Source of the DNA: Candidatus Omnitrophota bacterium | GTDB lineage: Bacteria; Omnitrophota; Gorgyraeia; Gorgyraeales; Gorgyraeaceae | Direction: 5' to 3' | Length of the DNA: 64,000 bases | Assembly: GCA_042572045.1 (NCBI GenBank) | Contig: JBHPFI010000001.1 | Span: forward strand, 47,818-111,817 | Part shown: positions 58,523 through 64,000 of the stretch, piece by piece | Position numbering within the stretch: position 1 is the stretch's first letter | Layout: each line of letters begins with the position of its first letter | The notes under the pieces: model-generated | What the model was told of the DNA's origin: nothing | Seen by the model: the letters and a program-made list of their open reading frames with translations, nothing else | The model's database searches: none | Made by a program: the position numbers and the translations under genes

Positions 58523-58849
58523 CAACCACGCTTTTGCAGTGTAAACTATAAATACAGCTAAATAAAGTCCCGTGTTTGAAGGGGGAACCTGGACAATAAA
58601 AAAGTAAAACCTTCGCGAGAGAAATCTTGTGAGGGTTTTTATATTTTAGGCCCTTAAAGTCGTACGTTCGAAGGGGCTCACTGCGACTCAAAACAATTAA
58701 AACCTTCTTTGTTAAACCAACAAAGGAGGCTTTAATGTTTATAGTTAGGGTTTTGAGGGTGGTTTTGGTAGTAATTATTTTCTTAATGGCCTATCTTCCT
58801 ATCTCTATAAATCCTGGAATATTCGCAAATTGGTGATTCTTGGCACTTA

Positions 58850-58878
58850 TTGACTATTTCGAAGGGGAAGGGTAGAAT
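58850..58878 (+). promoter_or_regulatory. conserved promoter module (TTGACT-17-TAGAAT), copy 3 of 3
   Basis: cacttattgactatttcgaaggggaagggtagaat, 28 nt upstream of the 58906 gene. Confidence 0.45.
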
Positions 58879-58905
58879 GAATGCGATAGGAGGAAAGGAC
58901 GCAAG

Positions 58906-59322
58906 ATGAAGAAAATATTAGTAATTTTGCTGTTATTGATTCTTACTCCTTGTATAGTTTATTTTGCTACATCTGACATAACTCATAGCACTGTTTTGGC
59001 AGAAGAGTTAGAAGAGTTAGAGTTGTTACGTTTAAAAGAATATAAGAAAGATAGTTTTGAAATCGCAGAAGGTCGAGTTAAGAATGTAACGGATACTCTT
59101 CTTAAAGATATTATAGCAGTCGTACAATGGTATAACGAAAAAGGCAAGCCCATTGCTAGCGACAAGGCCGCTGTAGAGTTTAATCCTATTTTGCCTGGGC
59201 AAGTTTCTCCTTTTAAAGTTATGACACCTTATAATCCTGATATGCAGGACTATTCGATTTCATTTGAGACTTTAAAGGAGGAAGCGGTTAGGCATAGAGA
59301 TATGAAGGAGGTTGCTGAATGA
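58906..59322 (+). CDS. hypothetical secreted/lipoprotein
   Basis: GGAGG RBS. Signal LVILLLLILTPCIVYF with a possible lipobox Cys. Confidence 0.35.
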   Translation: MKKILVILLLLILTPCIVYFATSDITHSTVLAEELEELELLRLKEYKKDSFEIAEGRVKNVTDTLLKDIIAVVQWYNEKGKPIASDKAAVEFNPILPGQVSPFKVMTPYNPDMQDYSISFETLKEEAVRHRDMKEVAE

Positions 59323-59343
59323 AAAAGCGCGCCAGAACATTAT

Positions 59344-59372
59344 TTGAAAGATAGCGTTTTCTATGGTATAAT
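59344..59372 (+). promoter_or_regulatory. sigma70-like promoter of giant gene 3 (TTGAAA-17-TATAAT)
   Basis: Perfect -10 element. The conserved leader follows up to the ATG at 59464. Confidence 0.55.
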
Positions 59373-59463
59373 ATAACATAGATAGCAGGAATATCTAGGG
59401 CACATTGTATATTACATAGCGATTAACTAAGCCGTTAAGAAGGGCTATTTTTTTACCTACATT

Positions 59464-62400
59464 ATGATAAACTTTAAAAAACTTTTCACTTTAAAGATTA
59501 TATCAGTAATAGTAAGCATAGCATTCTTATGTAATGCCAGTCTATATGCCCATCCTGAATCAAAAAATACTTTAAGAATATCTGTTGGAGAGCAGCGTAC
59601 ATTTGATCGCATTGACGACACAATGCATCAAATGGTGATAGATGAGCCTCTTGCTGAGGCTGCTAAGGAAGCAGGCACCCCCCGTCTAAATCCTTTATAT
59701 TTATCTAATCTTAGTCCAGAGATAAGCGAAATATTGACTTTACTTAGACAAACTGGTTTAGGTAATTTCGCTGAAGCACTTAAGAGGCTTTGTGATGAAG
59801 AAAGAGTCCAACGTTTTAGTCCTGGAAGAGGCGAATGGATTGGGATATATGGTCATGCATCTGATGAGCGGATAACTGTTAAAGCTGGGCTTGAAGCAGC
59901 TAGAGAAGGGGCAGTCTTAGGTCATGAATTATTGGATTGGTTTAATGTGCAGGTTGATAGCGTGGAAGAACTATCAACTTGGATTGAAGTAAATGAAAAT
60001 ACCCCAAGGCATCTTGGTCCAGCATTTGAAGTAGCTTTAAATAGAACTCTTTCCGGAGACACTGATGTATTAACAAGATTTGTTGAAGACTTCAGAAGAT
60101 ATTTAGAACCCATCAATGTAGCTACAAGACTTTCTGAGCAACCTAACTTATTAAAAGAGACAGCAGAAACAGAAGAAAGGCATTATACTTCAGTACCGTA
60201 TTCATCGCTGAGTATGGAGCAACGCTTTAAAGAAGCCATGGGCAGCAGATACGAAAATATTAGAAATTTTCGTATAGACATGAGAACGGGTAGATATGTA
60301 TTTGAAAAAGCATTAAACAAAAAACCTGATGTCTGGATAACTTATTATTACGAGAACGCGGTCCCTGTGGATCTGGACGGAAGTATTGATGACCTTCTGG
60401 CATTATATGAAGAAAGCGTTCAGGAGGACGAAAGCAATGTTGATATAAGATATTTGATATTCAAACGAATCGCGAAATTCAGGGATAGGGCGTCTCATCT
60501 GGAAGGGGTATTAAAAAATATAATGGATACAGAAACATCAGATAGGGTTCTGGATGAAATACGGGTCGCAATAAATATTGTATCAGGTAGGGCTATTGAC
60601 GGGGGTAAGCGTTTAAGAGTAGCGTATGCCAGCTACGAGATTTCCCCGTTTGTCGGAAAAGGTGGCATAAAAGACGTAATACAACAACTTCCTCGCACTT
60701 TACATAATAAGCGCGGGCATGAAGCTAGCGTTTTTATCCCTTACTGGGAGGAGATCTTAGATAAGTCAGTAGAGGGAAATGATGCAGAAATCAGGATAGA
60801 AGAGGTTGGGGTTTTTGAGTTGCACGGCGAAAGAGTAGAGATATACACCCTTCTTATGCGCAATGAACTTACGGGCGACTTTGAGCCAATAGACGGAGTG
60901 CCTATATATTTATTAAAATGTGCCAGATATTTTTCAACTGAAGATGGAGATATATACAGGCAGGCGTTGGATAGAAAAATAGCTTCGCATCGTATAAGCC
61001 CTAAAAACGCAGAGACTGCCATATTTTTCTCAAAGGCCGTACTGGAGGCAATGAAGCAAATGGGATTAAGGCCTGATATTATCAATACAGCTGACTGGCA
61101 AACAGCCCATATAGCTACATTATTAAGAAAATCAAAAAATCCCGAGTTATACAGTTTTTTCAAAAGTACAAAGACCTTGCATACTATCCATAATATAGGC
61201 CCAAAAGGTCTTATTGCGGCGTCTCCTTATGCGCCTGAAGGCAGTGATGAGAGGGATATGTGGGATTTTATGGGGATCAGCGATGATGCGTACCAGCCGC
61301 CTGATCAGAATGGAGTTGAGTTTTACGGTAGCGCATCTTTGCAAAAAGGAGGGATTGTTTTTGCGGATATGGTAAGTACAGTAGGGATAAGCTATGCGTC
61401 TGAGCTCAAGACAACAGAATTCGGCTCAGGATTTGAGGGTATCAATAGGGTTGCAGGGGTAATAGGGGTACCTAATGGCATAGCATTAAGGGAATGGAAT
61501 CCAGCTAGCAGCTTCTCTATAGAACGTAATTTCAAGAATGATCCTTCGGAACAAGACAGGCAATTGAGTGTTTTGGATGCAAAGGAAGGCAAAAGAGAGA
61601 ACAAAAAAGCAATGACAGCGATGGTAAACGACAACAGAGAAAGGAATAGGGCTACAACCCTAAGAGAATTTACATGCGATGAAGATACTCAGGTTTTTTG
61701 TTTTTTAGGTAGATTTGACGCTCAAAAGGGGTTAGACGTATTATTATCTGTATTAGAAAATGAGCATGAAATAAAAGGTCTCCTTGAGAGCGGGAAGATA
61801 AAGATGATTTTCGCAGGCACAGGGAATCCTGAATATATGCAAAGGGTCAAGAAACTCGAGGAGCTATATCCTGAAAGCGTTGCGTATCTGGGCTGGGTCA
61901 ATGAGGGCACTGCTAAGCAGTTATTTGCTGGAGCTGATGTCAATATCATGCCTTCCATATTCGAACCAAAGGGCATAGTCCAGATGCAGGCTGCTCGGTT
62001 CGGAGCCATAAATCTTGTAAATAAGGTAGGCGGTTTAAGGGACGACATAATAGATTTTTCGGAAGAAGAGGGCGGGAATGGCTATGTCGTAGATTTTGCC
62101 AATTGTAGCAAAGAAGAAGCAGCTAGGTTGCTGCGCAATCAAATGCTTCGGGTAATGTGGGATTTTGGCAATAAGGCAATCTGGGATGCCCAGGTCAGAG
62201 AGGTTTTGGCTGATTCTGCAAAATTCGGATGGGACCTTTCCTGCTTGAAATATGAACTACTCTTTAACGCATCAACAGGAAACTATTATGATCTATTTAC
62301 AAGGCATTTGGTTGATCATATTGACGAGATAACTGGCGCATCTTTTGAAAGGATAATGACAGAAATAGGCAAAGCTTATCTGGCTAGAACAAGGGTATTT

Positions 62401-63312
62401 GATCCTTTAACAGGGACAGTGATGTTGACAGGAGCTGACGCAAAAGAATTTTTGCTTAGGTCAAAACAGTTCTATCACGAAACAACTGTATGTAATCTTG
62501 ATCCGAATCCTATGACAGTAGAGATTGACGAAACCTCGGTAACCCTTGATGATATAGGTGTCGTAGCGATAAAGCCTGGGTCCAGTTTATTGTTTAGAGA
62601 AATAAAAGGCGAGGTAGTGGTAATAATAACACAAAATCCAGAAGCAGTCAGTAGCTGGTATGCTCCTTACGACGAATCTCACGATTTATTTAAAGATAAA
62701 GGCTATAATGAGTCAGGGGTAATTTCCCCGCCTGAATGGTGGCAAAAAGGAGTCACTGTGATAGAGCATGAGTCCAGGGTTAACCAATGGACCTCCGAGC
62801 AGGAGCAGGAATGGCTTATTGATTCCATGACCTTTGGGTCCAATCTCCCAGGGATTTCTATGGTGAGATATTCTACAGATACGGGTGAGGCATGGGTCGA
62901 TTTTAGGGAAATAAGGCCAAGTGAGGACTATCATAGTCATCCAAATAAACCAGAAGGACAAGCAAACTTTATAGAAGTTTATTATATAGTTGAAGGTATG
63001 GCAACATTGCTATATGAAGAAGAAGGGGTGGTAAAAGTAACTGAGTTAGGCCCAGGAGGTATGTGGATAGCAAAAGACGAGGTCCCGCATACAATATTGG
63101 CATTTAAAGGCCCATATAAACATCTGGCGATACAAGTACCAAGTGTATTCCAATATGGGTTTAGATTCAAGGAGATTGTGGAACCGCCCCAGCCAGGTAT
63201 GGAGGAAATGTTAATGCAAACCCAGGAAGCAGACACAGGTATTTTAGAACTGCCCCCGCCAAGCATAGAGGAAATATTTATGCAAAACCAGGAAGTAAGC
63301 AGAGGGGTATAG
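59464..63312 (+). CDS. giant-family paralog 3 (1282 aa) with embedded GT5 glycogen-synthase-like and cupin domains
   Basis: N-terminus MINFKKLFTLKIISVIVSIAFLC shared with the family. ~60617-62055 looks like GlgA (RVAYASYEISPFVGKGGIKDV...GHEASVFIPYW; ...FLGRFDAQKGLD...MPSIFEPKGIVQMQAARFGAINLVNKVGGLRDDI). C-terminal cupin (HSHPNKPEGQANFIEVYYIVEG...PH ~62930-63140). Confidence 0.8.
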   Translation: MINFKKLFTLKIISVIVSIAFLCNASLYAHPESKNTLRISVGEQRTFDRIDDTMHQMVIDEPLAEAAKEAGTPRLNPLYLSNLSPEISEILTLLRQTGLGNFAEALKRLCDEERVQRFSPGRGEWIGIYGHASDERITVKAGLEAAREGAVLGHELLDWFNVQVDSVEELSTWIEVNENTPRHLGPAFEVALNRTLSGDTDVLTRFVEDFRRYLEPINVATRLSEQPNLLKETAETEERHYTSVPYSSLSMEQRFKEAMGSRYENIRNFRIDMRTGRYVFEKALNKKPDVWITYYYENAVPVDLDGSIDDLLALYEESVQEDESNVDIRYLIFKRIAKFRDRASHLEGVLKNIMDTETSDRVLDEIRVAINIVSGRAIDGGKRLRVAYASYEISPFVGKGGIKDVIQQLPRTLHNKRGHEASVFIPYWEEILDKSVEGNDAEIRIEEVGVFELHGERVEIYTLLMRNELTGDFEPIDGVPIYLLKCARYFSTEDGDIYRQALDRKIASHRISPKNAETAIFFSKAVLEAMKQMGLRPDIINTADWQTAHIATLLRKSKNPELYSFFKSTKTLHTIHNIGPKGLIAASPYAPEGSDERDMWDFMGISDDAYQPPDQNGVEFYGSASLQKGGIVFADMVSTVGISYASELKTTEFGSGFEGINRVAGVIGVPNGIALREWNPASSFSIERNFKNDPSEQDRQLSVLDAKEGKRENKKAMTAMVNDNRERNRATTLREFTCDEDTQVFCFLGRFDAQKGLDVLLSVLENEHEIKGLLESGKIKMIFAGTGNPEYMQRVKKLEELYPESVAYLGWVNEGTAKQLFAGADVNIMPSIFEPKGIVQMQAARFGAINLVNKVGGLRDDIIDFSEEEGGNGYVVDFANCSKEEAARLLRNQMLRVMWDFGNKAIWDAQVREVLADSAKFGWDLSCLKYELLFNASTGNYYDLFTRHLVDHIDEITGASFERIMTEIGKAYLARTRVFDPLTGTVMLTGADAKEFLLRSKQFYHETTVCNLDPNPMTVEIDETSVTLDDIGVVAIKPGSSLLFREIKGEVVVIITQNPEAVSSWYAPYDESHDLFKDKGYNESGVISPPEWWQKGVTVIEHESRVNQWTSEQEQEWLIDSMTFGSNLPGISMVRYSTDTGEAWVDFREIRPSEDYHSHPNKPEGQANFIEVYYIVEGMATLLYEEEGVVKVTELGPGGMWIAKDEVPHTILAFKGPYKHLAIQVPSVFQYGFRFKEIVEPPQPGMEEMLMQTQEADTGILELPPPSIEEIFMQNQEVSRGV

Positions 63313-63368
63313 AGATTCTCATAATATAGCCTTGTGAATAAGCGAGATGTTATTTTTTTGTCAAGATT

Positions 63369-64000
63369 ATGATAAAGTTTAGAAAAGACTATAATTTGAA
63401 GATAATATCGCTAATCGTAAGCATTGTATTTTTCTGCAGTTCCACCCTATATTCCTATCCAAATTCTAAAGATACATTAAGACCACCGCTTTCAACTGCA
63501 GATAGCTCTGTATCTCGTGGAGCAGATGGAGGGTTTATAACAAGAGCACAGCATGTATTAATGCGGCTTTGGCTTGAACACAACGATGCACGGAGAGAGG
63601 AAAATAGAGAAAGAGATTTAGAGAGTCAATGCGCTAAAGAGGGAAGGTTATTGCCGAGAGATATCTTTGGCGTAGATGCTACAGAAGAACCTGTAAAACG
63701 ACAATATATCAAAGATGAACTCGTGCTTAATGGCTTTAAGCCTGAGATATATATTGTTCAAGGCTTAGCAGAAGGAACAGGTGTTAGGGGGCACTGGGCA
63801 TTAAGGGATGGCGTAATATATGTGGATAAAGGTTGGTTTGATTCTGAGGGTGAAAGTTCAATATGGCATGAATTAGATGAACTCATAAGTATAAGAATAG
63901 CTGCTATTAATGAAGGAATGAGCTTTGAAGAAATGGTTAGATGGTTAGACGAAGAAGGTGATTCTACAGAAGTTAAAAGATTATTAGAAGGAGCCCATAA
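63369..64000 (+). CDS. giant-family paralog 4, 5' part (continues beyond the window)
   Basis: ATG at 63369, open to the window end. N-terminus MIKFRKDYNLKIISLIVSIVFFCSSTLYSYPNSKDTLRPP parallels paralog 3 (MINFKKLFTLKIISVIVSIAFLCNASLYAHPESKNTLRIS). It is only 56 nt downstream of gene 3 and has no promoter of its own. Confidence 0.6.
   Translation, partial: MIKFRKDYNLKIISLIVSIVFFCSSTLYSYPNSKDTLRPPLSTADSSVSRGADGGFITRAQHVLMRLWLEHNDARREENRERDLESQCAKEGRLLPRDIFGVDATEEPVKRQYIKDELVLNGFKPEIYIVQGLAEGTGVRGHWALRDGVIYVDKGWFDSEGESSIWHELDELISIRIAAINEGMSFEEMVRWLDEEGDSTEVKRLLEGAH

Noticed and set aside
58736-58837. 33-aa hydrophobic mini-ORF (MFIVRVLRVVLVVIIFLMAYLPISINPGIFANW) with AAAGGAGG RBS downstream of the helicase
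   Set aside because: Could be a real small membrane peptide. It is too short to support without conservation or expression data, so it is not listed as a feature.
1-64000. CRISPR arrays, rRNA genes, IS elements / transposases, integrases
   Set aside because: No direct-repeat/spacer periodicity, no rRNA-like conserved blocks, and no ORF with DDE, HUH or tyrosine-recombinase motifs were seen in the window.

Overview
This 64-kb window is entirely + strand-biased and AT-rich. It probably comes from an uncultivated bacterium; the giant genes suggest Omnitrophota or another candidate phylum, but that is inference. About half of it is ordinary housekeeping and metabolic genes. These are a 5'-truncated Zn-dependent dehydrogenase, a DRE-TIM aldolase, the KDPG aldolase Eda, SuhB, an acyl-CoA ligase, an MFS transporter, ArfB, a U32 peptidase, Dus, CspA, GMP synthase subunit B, an M28 peptidase, a Cas4-like nuclease and a UvrD helicase. 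The other half is a family of four paralogous giant genes at 18025-28536 (3503 aa), 38547-48674 (3375 aa), 59464-63312 (1282 aa) and 63369 to beyond the window end. All four open with the same signal-peptide-like N-terminus (MINFKKLF...). The first three are each driven by a conserved TTGAA[A/G]-17-TATA[A/C]T promoter and a roughly 90-nt conserved leader. Genes 1 and 2 also end in a near-identical C-terminal domain of about 110 aa. Between these conserved ends the genes carry mosaic enzyme and signalling domains: HAD, HExxH, GNAT, PrmA-like and other SAM methyltransferases, receiver (REC) domains, histidine-kinase-like ATPase domains (HATPase_c), a GT5 glycogen-synthase-like domain and a cupin domain. 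They also carry a repeated module of about 70 aa that is roughly 90% identical at nucleotide level between paralogs. An orphan, chimeric 3' fragment of the family at 32543-32613 and a promoter module reused at three places point to ongoing recombination among the copies. Other notable structures are a dyad-symmetric pair of 56-bp inverted repeats bracketing two small secreted-protein genes (2904-3922), a secreted protein with an extreme (EP)n repeat, a duplicated gene 5' end shared by an outer-membrane-protein gene and the nuclease gene, and a remnant 3' copy of the cupin gene between the nuclease and the helicase. No rRNA, canonical tRNA or CRISPR array was found.
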